This document shows positions 14,801 through 28,590 of a stretch of 64,000 nt of DNA, in pieces. Below the pieces are notes generated by a model. That model was given only the letters and a program-made list of their open reading frames with translations, did no database searches and was not told the origin of the DNA. The position numbers and the translations under genes were made by a program. How positions within the stretch are numbered: position 1 is the first letter of the stretch; each line of letters opens with the position of its first letter. Source of the DNA: the human T2T-CHM13v2.0 reference genome, Homo sapiens; assembly GCF_009914755.1 (NCBI RefSeq), contig NC_060933.1; one strand, given 5' to 3'.

Positions 14801-15404
14801 TGGAAAGGAATGGAATCAACCAGAGTGGAATGGAAGGGAATCGAATGGAATGGAAACTAATAGAATGGAATCAACCCGAGTGGAATGGAATGGAAAGGAC
14901 TGGAATGGAATGGAATGGAATGGAATCAACTCGATTGTAATGGAATGGAATGGAATGGAATGGAATGGAATGAAATCAACCCGAGTGCAATGGAATGGAG
15001 TGGAATGGAATGGAATGGAATGGAACAACCCGAATGGAATGGAATGGAATGGAGAGTAAGGGAGTTGAATAGAATCAATCCGAATGTAATGGAATGGAAT
15101 GGAACGGAACGGAATGGAATGGAATGGAATGGAATGGAATGGAATGCAATGGGATGGAATCAACCCGAGTGCAATCGAATGGAATCGAATTGAATGGAAT
15201 GCAATGGAATGGATTCAACTTGAATGGAATGGAAAGAATGGAATCAACACGAGTGGAATGGCATGGATTGGAATGGAATGGAACGGAATCAACCCGAGTA
15301 CAGGGGAATGGAATGGAATGGAATGCAATGGAATGGAATCATCCGTAATGGAATGGAAAGGAATGGAATGGAATGGAATGGAATGGAATGGAATGGAATG
15401 GAAT
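8881..15404 (+). repeat. Recent tandem duplication of an about 3.2-3.3 kb satellite block (about 8881-12095 and 12096-15404)
   Basis: Private variants recur at offset 3215-3225: the GGATG 1-bp deletion (9006/12221), AACTGATTTAAACCG (9826/13041) and CTTTCGG. The ORF track also shows identical ORF pairs (e.g. 10063/13288, 10332/13557). Confidence 0.9.
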
Positions 15405-18400
15405 CAACTCGATTGCAATCGAATGGAATGGAATGGAATTAACCCGAATAGAATGGAATGGAATGGAATGGAACGGAACGGAATGTAATGGAATGGAATG
15501 GAACGGAACGGAATGGAGTGGAATGGAATGGAATGGAATGGAATGGAATCAACTCGATTGGAATGGAATGGAATGGAATGGAACGGAATTAACCCGAATA
15601 GAATGGAATGGAATGGAATGGAACGGAACGGAATGGAATGGAATGGAATGGAATGGAATGGAATGGAATGGAATGGAATCAACCCGACTGCAGGGTAATG
15701 GAATGGAATGGAATGCAATGGAATGGATTCAACTTGAATGGAATGTAAAGAATGGAATCAACACGAGTGGAATGGCATGGATTGGAATGGAATGGAGTGG
15801 AATCAACACGAGTACAGGGGAATGGAATGGAATGGAATGCAATGGAATGGAATCATCCGTAATGGAATGGAAAGGAATGGAATGGAATGGAATAGAATGG
15901 AATGGAATCAACTCGATTGCAATCGAATGGAATGGAATGGAATTAACCCGAATAGAATGGAATGGAATGGAATGAAACGGAACGGAACGGAATGGAATGG
16001 ATTGGTATGGAATGGAATGGAATGGAATGGAACGGAATGGAATGGATTGGAATGGAATGGAATGGAATGGAATGGAATGGAATCAACGCGAGTGCAGGGG
16101 AATGGAATGGAATGCAATGCAATGGAATGGAATCTTCCGGAATGGAATGGAATGGAATGGAATGGAATGGAATGCAAGGGAATGGAATAAACCCGAGTGC
16201 AATGGAATGGAGTGGAATGGAATGGAATGGAGTGGAACAACCCGAATGGAATGGAATGGAATGGAGAGTAAGGGAGTTGAATAGAATCAATCCGAATGTA
16301 ATGGAATGGAATGGAACGGAATGGAATTGAATGGAATGGAATGGAATGCAATGGAATGGAATCAACCCGAGTGCAATGGAATGGAGAGGAATGGAATGGA
16401 ATGGAATGGAATGGAAACTACCCGAATGGAATGGAATGTAATGGAGTGTAACGGAATTGAATAGAATCAATCCGAATGGAATGGAATGGAATGGAACGGA
16501 ATGGAATGGAATGGAATGGAATGGAATGGAATGCAATGGAATGGAATCAACCCGAGTGCAATCGAATGGAATCGAATGGAATGGCATGCAATGGAATGGA
16601 TTCAACTTGAATGGAATGGAAAGAATGGAATCAACACGAGTGGAATGGAATGGAATGGTATGGAATGGAATGGAATCAACTTGATTGCAATCGAATGGAA
16701 TGGAATGGAATTAACCCGAATAGAATGGAATGGAATGGAATGGAAAGGAACGGAACGGAATGGAATGGAATGGAATGGAATGGAATGGAATGGAATGGAA
16801 TGGAAGCAACCCGAGTGCAATGGAATGGAGTGGAATGGAATGCAATGGAATGGAACAACCCGAATGGAATGGAATGTAATGGAGAGTAAGGGAGTTGAAT
16901 AGAATCAATCCGAATGTAATGGAATGGAATGCAACGGAATGGAATGGAATGGAATGGAATGGAATGGAATGGAATGCAAAGGAATGGAATCAACCCGAGT
17001 GGAATGGCATGGAATGGAATGCAATGGAATAGAATGGAATGGAATCAACTCGAGTGGAAAGGAATGGAATGGAATGGAAAGGAATGGAATGAAATCAACT
17101 CGAGTGGAATGGAATGGAATGGAATAGATTGGAATGGATTGCAACGGAATGAAATGGAATGGAATGGAATGGAATCAATCATTCCGAGTGGAATGGAAGG
17201 GAATGTAATGGAGTGGAATGAAGGGAATGGAATCAACCCGAGTGGAATGCAAGGCAATGGAATGGAATGGAAAGGAATGGAATGGAATCAACTCGATTGC
17301 AATGGAATGGAATGGAATGGAATGGAATGGAATGGAATTAACCGGAATAGAATGGAATGCAATGGAATGGAACGGAATGGAATGGAATGGAAGGTAATGG
17401 AATCAACACGAGTGCAGGGGAATGGAATGGAATGGAATGCAATGGAATGGAAACATCCGGAAAGGAATGGAATGGAATGGAATCAACTCCATTGCAATGG
17501 AATGGAATGGAATGGAATGGAATAGAATGGAATGGAATTAACCCGAATAGAATGGAATGCAATAGAATGGAATGGAACGGAACCGAATGGAGTGGAATGG
17601 AATGCAATGGAATCAACCTGAGTTCAGGGGAATGGAATGGAATGGAATGCAATAGAATGGAATCATCCGGAATGGAATAGAATGGAATGTAATGGAATCA
17701 AACCGAGTGCAAAGGAATGGAGTGAAATGGAATGGAATGGAATGGAAACAACCAGAGTGGATTGGAATATAATGGAGTGTAAGGGAATTGAATAGAATCA
17801 ATCTGAATGTAATGAAATGGAATCGAACGGAATGGAATGGAATGGAATGGAATGATACGGAATGGAATGGAATGGAACGAAATGGAATGGAATGGAATGG
17901 AATGGAATGGAATGGAATCGTTCCGAGTGGAATAGGAGGGAATGTATTCGAGTGGAATGGAAAGGAATGGAAGCAACCAGACTGGAATGGAAGGGAATGG
18001 AATGGAATGGAAACTAATAGAATGGAATCAACCCGAGTGGAATGGAATGGAAAGGACTGGAATGGAATGGAATGGAATGGAATCAACTCGATTGTAATGG
18101 AATGGAATGGAATGGAATGGAATGGAATGGAATGGAATTAACCCGAATACAATGGAATGGAATGGAATGGAACGGAATGGAGTGGAATGGAATGGAATCA
18201 ACCCGAGTGCAGGGGAATGGAATGGAATGCAATGCAATGGAATGGAATCATCCGGAATGGAATGGAATGGAATGCAAAGCAATGGAATCAACTCGATTGC
18301 AATGGAATGGAAAGGAATGGAAAGGAGTACATTGGAATCAACCCGAGTGGAATGGAATGGAAAGGACTGGAATGGAGTGGAATGGAATGGAATGGAATGG

Positions 18401-19429
18401 AATGGAATGGAATGGAATGGAATCAAATTGATTGGAATGGAATGGAATGGAATGGAATGGAATGGAATTAACCCGAATAGAAAGGAATGGAATGGAATGG
18501 AACGGAACGGAATGGAATGGAATGGAATGGAATGGAATTGAATGGAATGGAATCAACCTGACTGCAGGGGAATGGAATGGAATGGAATGCAATGGAATGG
18601 ATTCAACTTGAATGGAATGGAAAGAATGGAATCAACACGAGTGGAATGGCATGGATTGGAATGGGATGGAATGGAATCAACCCGAGTACAGGGGAATGGA
18701 ATGGAATGGAATTCAATGGAATGGAATCATCCGTAATGGAATTGAAAGGAATGGAATGGAATGGAATGGAATGGAATGGAATGCAATGGAATCAACTCGA
18801 TTGCAATCGAATGGAATGGAATGGAATTAACCCGAATAGAATGGAATGGAATGGAATGGAACGGAACGGAACGGAACGGAATGGAATGGAATGGAATGGA
18901 ATGGAATGGAATGGAACGGAACGGAATGGAATGGAATGGAATGGAATGGAATGGAATGGAATGGAATGGAATCAACGCGAGTGCAGGGGAATGGAATGGA
19001 ATGGAATGCAATGGAATGGAATCTTCCGGAATGCAATGGAATTGAATGGAATGGAATGGAATGGAATGGAATAAACCCGAGTGCAATGGAATGGAGTGGA
19101 ATGGAATGGAATGGAATGGAACAACCCGAATGGAATGTAATGTAATGGAGACTAAGGGAGTTGAATAGAATCAATCCGAATGTAATGGAATGGAATGGAA
19201 TGGAACGGAATGGAATTGAATGGAATGGAATGGAATGGAATGCAATGGAATGGAATCAACCCGAGTGCAATGGAATGGAGAGGAATGGAATGGAATGGAA
19301 TGGAAACTACCCGAATGGAATGGAATGTAATGGAGTGTAAGGGAATTGAATAGAATCAATCCGAATGTAATGGAATGGAAAGGAACGGAATGGAATGCAA
19401 TGGAATGGAATGGAATGGAATGCAATGGA

Positions 19430-22400
19430 ATGGAATCAACCCGTGTGCAATCGAATGGAATCGAATGGAATGGAATGCAACGGAATGGATTCAAGTTGAA
19501 GGGAATGGAAAGAATGGAATCAACACGAGTGGAAGGGCATGGATTGGAATGCAATGGAATGGAATCAACCCGAGTACAGGGGAATGGAATGGAATGGAAT
19601 GCAATGGAATGTAATCATCTGTAATGGAATGGAAAGGAATGGAATGGAATGGAATGGAATGGAATGGAATGGAATGGAATCAACACGATTGCAATCGAAT
19701 GGAATGGAATGGAATTAACCCGAATAGAATGGAATGGAATGGAATGCAACGGAACGGAATGGAATGGAATGGAATGGAATGGAATGGAACGGAACGGAAC
19801 GGAACGGAACGGAATGGAATGGAATGGAATGGAATGGAATCAACGCGAGTGCAGGGAGATGGAATGGAATGGAATGCAATGGAATGGAATCTTCCGGAAT
19901 GGAATGGAATGGAATGGAATGGAATGAAATGCAATAGATTCAACTCGATTGCAATGGAATGGAATAGAATGGAATGGAATGGAATGGAATGGAATTAACC
20001 CGAATAGAATGGAATGGAATGGAATGGAACGGAATGGAACGGAATGGAATGGAATGGAATGGAATGGAATGGAATGGAATGGTATGGAATGGAATGGAAT
20101 GGTACGGAATAGAATGGAATGGAACGAATTGTAATGGAATGGAATTGAATGGAATGGAATGGAATGGAATGGAATCAACGCGAGTGCAGGGGAATGTAAT
20201 GGAACGGAATGCAATGGAATGGAATCATCCGGAATGGAATGGAATGGAATGGAATGGAATGGAATGGAATCAACCCGAGTGCAATGGAATGGAGTGGAAT
20301 GGAATGCAATGGAATGGAACAACCCGAATGGAATGGAATGTAATGGAGAGTAAGGGAGTTGAATAGAATCAATCCGAATGTAATGGAATGGAATGCAACG
20401 GAATGGAATGTAATGGAATGGAATGGAATGGAATGGAATGCAAAGGAATGGAATCAACCCGAGTGGAATGGCATGGAATGGAATGCAATGGAATAGAATG
20501 GAATGGAATCAACTCGAGTGGAAAGGAATGGAATGGAATGGAAAGGAATGGAATGAAATCAACTCGAGTGGAATGGAATGGAATGGAATAGATTGGAATG
20601 GATTGCAACGGAATGAAATGGAATGGAATGGAATGGAATCAATCATTCCGAGTGGAATGGAAGGGAATGTAATGGAGTGGAATGAAGGGAATGGAATCAA
20701 CCCGAGTGGAATGCAAGGCAATGGAATGGAATGGAAAGGAATGGAATGGAATCAACTCGATTGCAATGGAATGGAATGGAATGGAATGGAATGGAATGGA
20801 ATTAACCGGAATAGAATGGAATGCAATGGAATGGAACGGAATGGAATGGAATGGAAGGTAATGGAATCAACACGAGTGCAGGGGAATGGAATGGAATGGA
20901 ATGCAATGGAATGGAAACATCCGGAATGGAATGGAATGGAATGGAATCAACTCCATTGCAATGGAATGGAATGGAATGGAATGGAATAGAATGGAATGGA
21001 ATTAACACGAATAGAATGGAATGCAATAGAATGGAATGGAACGGAACCGAATGGAGTGGAATGGAATGCAATGGAATCAACCTGAGTGCAGGGGAATGGA
21101 ATGGAATGGAATGCAATGGAATGGAATCATCCGGAAAGGAAAAGAATGGAATGGAATGGAATCAAACCGAGTGCAATGGAATGGAGTGAAATGGAATGGA
21201 ATGGAATGGAAACAACCAGAGTGGATTGGAATATAATGGAGTGTAAGGGAATTGAATAGAATCAATCTGAATGTAATGAAATGGAATCGAACGGAATGGA
21301 ATGGAATGGAATGGAATCGAATGGAATGGAATGGAATGGAATCAACCCGAGTGCAATGGAATGGATTCGAATGGAATGGAATGGAGTGGATTGGATTCTA
21401 CCCGAATGGAATGGAAAGGAATGGAATCAACCCGAGTGGAATGGCATGGAATGGAATGGAATGGAATGGAATGGAATGGAATGGAATGGTTCGGAATAGA
21501 ATGGATTGGAACAAAATGGAATGGAATGGAATGGAATGGAATGGAATGGAATGGAATGGAATGGAATGGAATCAAGTCGATTGCAATGGAATAGAATGGA
21601 ATGGAATGGAACGGATTGGAATGGAATGGAATGGAGTGGAATGGAATGGAATTAAATGGAATGGAATGGAATGGAATCAACCCGAGTGCAGGGGAAAGGA
21701 ATGGAATGGAATGCAATGGAATGGAATGGAATGGAATGCAATGGAATGGAATCAACCCGTGTGCAATCGAATGGAATCGAATGGAATGGAATGCAATGGA
21801 ATGGATTCAACTTGAAGGGAATGGAAAGAATGGAATCAACACGAGTGGAAGGGCATGGATTGGAATGCAATGGAATGGAATCAACCCGAGTACAGGGGAA
21901 TGGAATGGAATGGAATGCAATGGAATGTAATCATCTGTAATGGAATGGAAAGGAATGGAATGGAATGGAATGGAATGGAATGGAATGGAATGGAATCAAC
22001 ACGATTGCAATCGAATGGAATGGAATGGAATTAACCCGAATAGAATGGAATGGAATGGAATGCAACGGAACGGAATGGAATGGAATGGAATGGAATGGAA
22101 TGGAACGGAACGGAACGGAACGGAATGGAATGGAATGGAATGGAATGGAATCAACGCGAGTGCAGGGAGATGGAATGGAATGGAATGCAATGGAATGGAA
22201 TCTTCCGGAATGGAATGGAATGGAATGGAATGGAATGAAATGCAATAGATTCAACTCGATTGCAATGGAATGGAATAGAATGGAATGGAATGGAATGGAA
22301 TGGAATTAACCCTAATAGAATGGAATGGAATGGAATGGAACGGAATGGAACGGAATGGAATGGAATGGAATGGAATGGAATGGAATGGAATGGAATGGTA

Positions 22401-25250
22401 TGGAATGGAATGGAATGGTACGGAATAGAATGGAATGGAACGAATTGTAATGGAATGGAATTGAATGGAATGGAATGGAATGGAATGGAATCAACGCGAG
22501 TGCAGGGGAATGTAATGGAACGGAATGCAATGGAATGGAATCATCCGGAATGGAATGGAATGGAATGAAATGGAATGGAATGGAATCAACCCGAGTGCAA
22601 TGGAATGGAGTGGAATGGAATGCAATGGAATGGAACAACCCGAATGGAATGGAATGTAATGGAGAGTAAGGGAGTTGAATAGAATCAATCCGAATGTAAT
22701 GGAATGGAATGCAACGGAATGGAATGGAATGGAATGGAATGGAATGGAATGGAATGGAATGCAAAGGAATGGAATCAACCCGAGTGGAATGGCATGGAAT
22801 GGAATGCAATGGAATAGAATGGAATGGAATCAACTCGAGTGGAAAGGAATGGAATGGAATGGAAAGGAATGGAATGAAATCAACTCGAGTGGAATGGAAT
22901 GGAATGGAATAGATTGGAATGGATTGCAACGGAATGAAATGGAATGGAATGGAATGGAATCAATCATTCTGAGTGGAATGGAAGGGAATGTAATGGAGTG
23001 GAATGAAGGGAATGGAATCAACCCGAGTGGAATGCAAGGCAATGGAATGGAACGGAAAGGAATGGAATGGAATCAACTCGATTGCAATGGAATGGAATGG
23101 AATGGAATGGAATGGAATGGAATGGAATGGAATTAACCGGAATAGAATGGAATGCAATGGAATGGAACGGAATGGAATGGAATGGAAGGTAATGGAATCA
23201 ACACGAGTGCAGGGGAATGGAATGGAATGGAATGCAATGGAATGGAAACATCCGGAATGGAATGGAATGGAATGGAATCAACTCCATTGCCATGGAATGG
23301 AATGGAATGGAATGGAATAGAATGGAATGGAATTAACCCGAATAGAATGGAATGCAATAGAATGGAATGGAACGGAACCGAATGGAGTGGAATGGAATGC
23401 AATGGAATCAACCTGAGTGCAGGGGAATGGAATGGAATGGAATACAATGGAATGGAATCATCCGGAATGGAATATAATGGAATGGAATGGAATCAAACCG
23501 AGTGCAATGGAATGGAGTGAAATGGAATGGAATGGAACGGAATGGAACGGAATGGAATGGAATGGAATGGAATGGAATGGAATGGAATGGTATGGAATGG
23601 AATGGAATGGTACGGAATAGAATGGAATGGAACGAATTGTAATGGAATGGAATTGAATGGAATGGAATGGAATGGAATGGAATCAACGCGAGTGCAGGGG
23701 AATGTAATGGAACGGAATGCAATGGAATGGAATCATCCGGAATGGAATGGAATGGAATGGAATGGAATGGAATGGAATCAACCCGAGTGCAATGGAATGG
23801 AGTGGAATGGAATGCAATGGAATGGAACAACCCGAATGGAATGGAATGTAATGGAGAGTAAGGGAGTTGAATAGAATCAATCCGAATGTAATGGAATGGA
23901 ATGCAACGGAATGGAATGGAATGGAATGGAATGGAATGGAATGGAATGGAATGGAATGCAAAAGAATGGAATCAACCCGAGTGGAATGGCATGGAATGGA
24001 ATGCAATGGAATAGAATGGAATGGAATCAACTCGAGTGGAAAGGAATGGAATGGAATGGAAAGGAATGGAATGAAATCAACTCGAGTGGAATGGAATGGA
24101 ATGGAATAGATTGGAATGGATTGCAACGGAATGAAATGGAATGGAATGGAATGGAATCAATCATTCCGAGTGGAATGGAAGGGAATGTAATGGAGTGGAA
24201 TGAAGGGAATGGAATCAACCCGAGTGGAATGCAAGGCAATGGAATGGAATGGAAAGGAATGGAATGGAATCAACTCGATTGCAATGGAATGGAATGGAAT
24301 GGAATGGAATGGAATTAACCGGAATAGAATGGAATGCAATGGAATGGAACGGAATGGAATGGAATGGAAGGTAATGGAATCAACACGAGTGCAGGGGAAT
24401 GGAATGGAATGGAATGCAATGGAATGGAAACATCCGGAATGGAATGGAATGGAATGGAATCAACTCAATTGCAATGGAATGGAATGGAATGGAATGGAAT
24501 AGAATGGAATGGAATTAACCCGAATAGAATGGAATGCAATAGAATGGAATGGAACGGAACCGAATGGAGTGGAATGGAATGCAATGGAATCAACCTGAGT
24601 GCAGGGGAATGGAATGGAATGGAATGCAATGGAATGGAATCATCCGGAATGGAATAGAATGGAATGGAATGGAATCAAACCGAGTGCAATGGAATGGAGT
24701 GAAATGGAATGGAATGGAATGGAAACAACCAGAGTGGATTGGAATATAATGGAGTGTAAGGGAATTGAATAGAATCAATCTGAATGTAATGAAATGGAAT
24801 CGAACGGAATGGAATGGAATGGAATGGAATCGAATGGAATGGAATGGAATGGAATCAACCCGAGTGCAATGGAATGGATTCGAATGGAATGGAATGGAGT
24901 GGATTGGATTCTACCCGAATGGAATGGAAAGGAATGGAATCAACCCGAGTGGAATGGCATGGAATGGAATGGAATGGAATGGAATGGAATGGAATGGAAT
25001 GGTTCGGAATAGAATGGATTGGAACAAAATGGAATGGAATGGAATGGAATGGAATGGAATGGAATGGAATGGAATGGAATGGAATGGAATCAAGTCGATT
25101 GCAATGGAATAGAATGGAATGGAATGGAACGGATTGGAATGGAATGGAATGGAGTGGAATGGAATGGAATTAAATGGAATGGAATGGAATGGAATCAACC
25201 CGAGTGCAGGGGAAAGGAATGGAATGGAATGCAATGGAATGGAATGTAAT
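19430..25250 (+). repeat. Nested tandem duplication: 2.3-kb unit XYZ followed by XYYZ (internal about 1.19-kb re-duplication)
   Basis: CCGTGTGCAATCG occurs at 19441/21757 and GTAATCATCTGTAAT at 19611/21927 (offset 2316). The Y segment repeats at offset about 1192-1197 (22419/23611; 22911/24108). The Z segment at 21252 recurs at 24765. Confidence 0.8.
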
Positions 25251-26639
25251 GGAATGGAATGGAATGGAATGCAATGGAATCAACCCGAGTGGAATGGCAT
25301 GGAATGGAATGCAATGGAATGGAATGGAATGGAATCAACTGGAGTGGAAAGGAATGGAATGGAATGGAAAGGAATGGAATGAAATCAACTCGAGTGGAAT
25401 GGAATGGAATGGAATGGATTGGAATGGATTGCAATGGAATGAAATGGAATGGAATGGAATGGAATCAATCATTCCGAGTGGAATGGAAGGGAATGTAATG
25501 GAGTGGAAAGAAGGGAATGGAATCAACCCGAGTGGAATGCAAGGCAATGGAATGGAATGGAAAGGAATGGAATGTAATCAACTCGATTGCAATGGAATGG
25601 AATGGAATGGAATGGAATGGAATGGAATGGAATGGAATCAACCCGAGTACAGGGGAATGGAATGGAATGGAATGCAATGGAATGGAATCTTCCGGAATGG
25701 AATGGAATGGAATGGAATAGAATGGAATGGAATGGAATGGAATGGAATCAACCCGAGTACAGGGGAATGGAATGGAATGGAATGCAATGGAATGGAATCA
25801 TCCATAATGGAATGGAAAGGAATGGAATGCAATGGAATGGAATGGAATGGAATGGAATGGAATGGAATGGAATGGAATCAACTCGATTGCAATGGAATGG
25901 AATGGAATGGAATTAACCCGAATAGAATGGAATGGAATAGAATGGAACGGAATGGAACGGAACGGAATGGAATGGAATGGAATGGAATGGAATGGAATGG
26001 AATGGAATGGAAAGGAATGGAATGGAATGGAGTGGAATCAACGCGAGTGCAGGGGAATGGAATGGAATGGAATGCAATGGAATGGAATCTTCCGGAATGG
26101 AATGGAATGGAATGGAATGGAATGGAATGGAATGGAATAAACCCGAGTGCAATGGAATGGAGTGGAATGGAATGGAATGGAATGGAACAACCCGAATGGA
26201 ATGGAATGTAATGGAGAGTAAGGGAGTTGAATAGAATCAATCCGAATGTAATGGAATGGAATGGAACGGAATGGAATTGAATGGAATGGAATGGAATGGA
26301 ATCAACACGATTGCAATGGAATGGAATGGAATGGAATTAACCCGAATAGAATGGAATGGAATGGAATGGAACGGAACGGAATGGAATGGAATGGAATGGA
26401 ATGGAATGGAATGGAATGGAACGGAACGGAATGGAATGGAATGGAATGGAATGGAATAGAAAGGAATGGAATCAACGCGAGTGCAGGGGAATGGAATGTA
26501 ATGGAATGCAATGGATTGGAATTTTCCGGAATGGAATGGAATGTAATGGAATCAACCCGAGTGCAATGGAATGGAGTGGAATGGAATGGAATGGAATGGA
26601 ACAACCCGAATGGAATCGAATGTAATGGAGAGTAAGGGA

Positions 26640-28590
26640 GTTGAATAGAATCAATCCAAATGTAATGGTATGGAATGGAACGGAATGGAATGGAATGGAA
26701 TGGAATGGAATGGAATGGAATGGAATGGAATGGAATGCAATGGAAAGGAATCAACCCGAGTGCAATCGAATGGAATCGAATGGAATGGAATGCAATGGAA
26801 TGGATTCAACTAGAATGGAATGGAAAGAATGCAATCAACACGAGTGGAAGGGCATGGATTGGAATGGAATGGAATGGAATCAACCCGAGTACAGGGGAAT
26901 GGAATGGAATGGAATGCAATGGAATGGAATCATCCGTAATGGAATGGAAAGGAATGGAATGGAATGGAATGGAATGGAATGGAACGGAATGGAATCAACT
27001 CGATTGCAATCGAATGGAATGGAATGGAATTAACCCGAATAGAATGAAATGGAATGGAATGGAACGGAACGGAACGGAATGGAACGGAATGGAACGGAAA
27101 GGAAGGGAATGGAATGGAATAGAATGGAATAGAATGGAATCAACGCGAGTGCAGGGGAATGGAATGGAATGGAATGCAATGGAATGGAATCTTCCGGAAT
27201 GGAATGGAATGGAATGGAATGGAATGGAATGGAATGGAATGGAATCAACCCATGTCCAATGGAATGGAGTGGAATGGAATGGAATGGAATGGAACAACCC
27301 GAATGGAATGGAATGTAATGGAGAGTAAGGGAGTTGAATAGAATCAATCCGAATGTAATGGAATGGAATGGAACGTAATGGAATGGAATGGAATGGAATG
27401 GAATGCAATGGAATGGAATCAACCCGAGTGAAATCGAATGGAATCGAATGGAATGGAATGCAATGGAATGGATTCAACTTGAACGGAATGGAAAGAATGG
27501 AATGAACACGAGTGGAAGGGCATGGATTGGAATGCAATGGAATGGAATCAACCCGAGTACAGGGGAATGGAATGGAATGGAATGCAATGGAATGGAATCA
27601 TCCGTAATGGAATGGAAAGGAATGGAATGGAATGGAATGGAATGGAATGGAATGGAATGGAATGGAATGGAATCAACACGATTGCAATCGAATGGAATGG
27701 AATGGAATTAACCCGAATAGAATGGAATGGAATGGAATGGAATGGAACGGAATGGGATGGAATGGAATGGAACGGAACGGAACGGAACGGAATGGAATGG
27801 AATGGAATGGAATGGAATGGAATGGAATCAACGCGAGTGCAGGGGAATGGAATGGAATGGAATGCAATGGAATGGAATCTTCCGGAATGGAATGGAATGG
27901 AATGGAATGGAATGGAATGGAATGGAATCAACCCGAGTCCAATGGAATGGAGTGGAATGGAATGGAATGGAATGGAACAACCCGAATGGAATGGAATGTA
28001 ATGGAGAGTAAGGGAGTTGAATAAAATCAATCCGAATGTAATGGAATGGAATGGAACGTAATGGAATGGAATGGAATGGAATGGAATGCAATGGAATGGA
28101 ATCAACCCGAGTGAAATCGAATGGAATCGAATGGAATGGAATGCAATGGAATGGATTCAACTTGAACGGAATGGAAAGAATGGAATCAACACGAGTGGAA
28201 GGGCATGGATTGGAATGCAATGGAATGGAATCAACCCGAGTACAGGGGAATGGAATGGAATGGAATGCAATGGAATGGAATCATCCGTAATGGAATGGAA
28301 AGGAATGGAATGGAATGGAATGGAATGGAATGGAATGGAATGGAATCAACACGATTGCAATCGAATGGAATGGAATGGAATTAACCCGAATAGAATGGAA
28401 TGGAATGGAATGGAATGGAACGGAATGGAATGGAATGGAATGGAACGGAACGGAACGGAACGGAATGGAATGGAATGGAATGGAATGGAATGGAATGGAA
28501 TCAACGCGAGTGCAGGGGAATGGAATGGAATGGAATGCAATGGAATGGAATCTTCCGGAATGGAATGGAATGGAATGGAATGGAATGGAA
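26640..28590 (+). repeat. About 684-bp unit in roughly three tandem copies
   Basis: GAACGTAATG at 27371/28054, GAGTGAAATCG at 27426/28109 and CTTGAACGG at 27478/28161 (offset 683). The GTCCAAT variant occurs near 27254/27937. Confidence 0.75.

Noticed and set aside
17174-17181. ATCAATCA (PBX/HOX-like TGATTGAT) and DUX4-like AATCA motifs in variant words
   Set aside because: These are short motifs easily generated from AAT-rich repeats. There is no full DUX4 consensus match and no supporting evidence.
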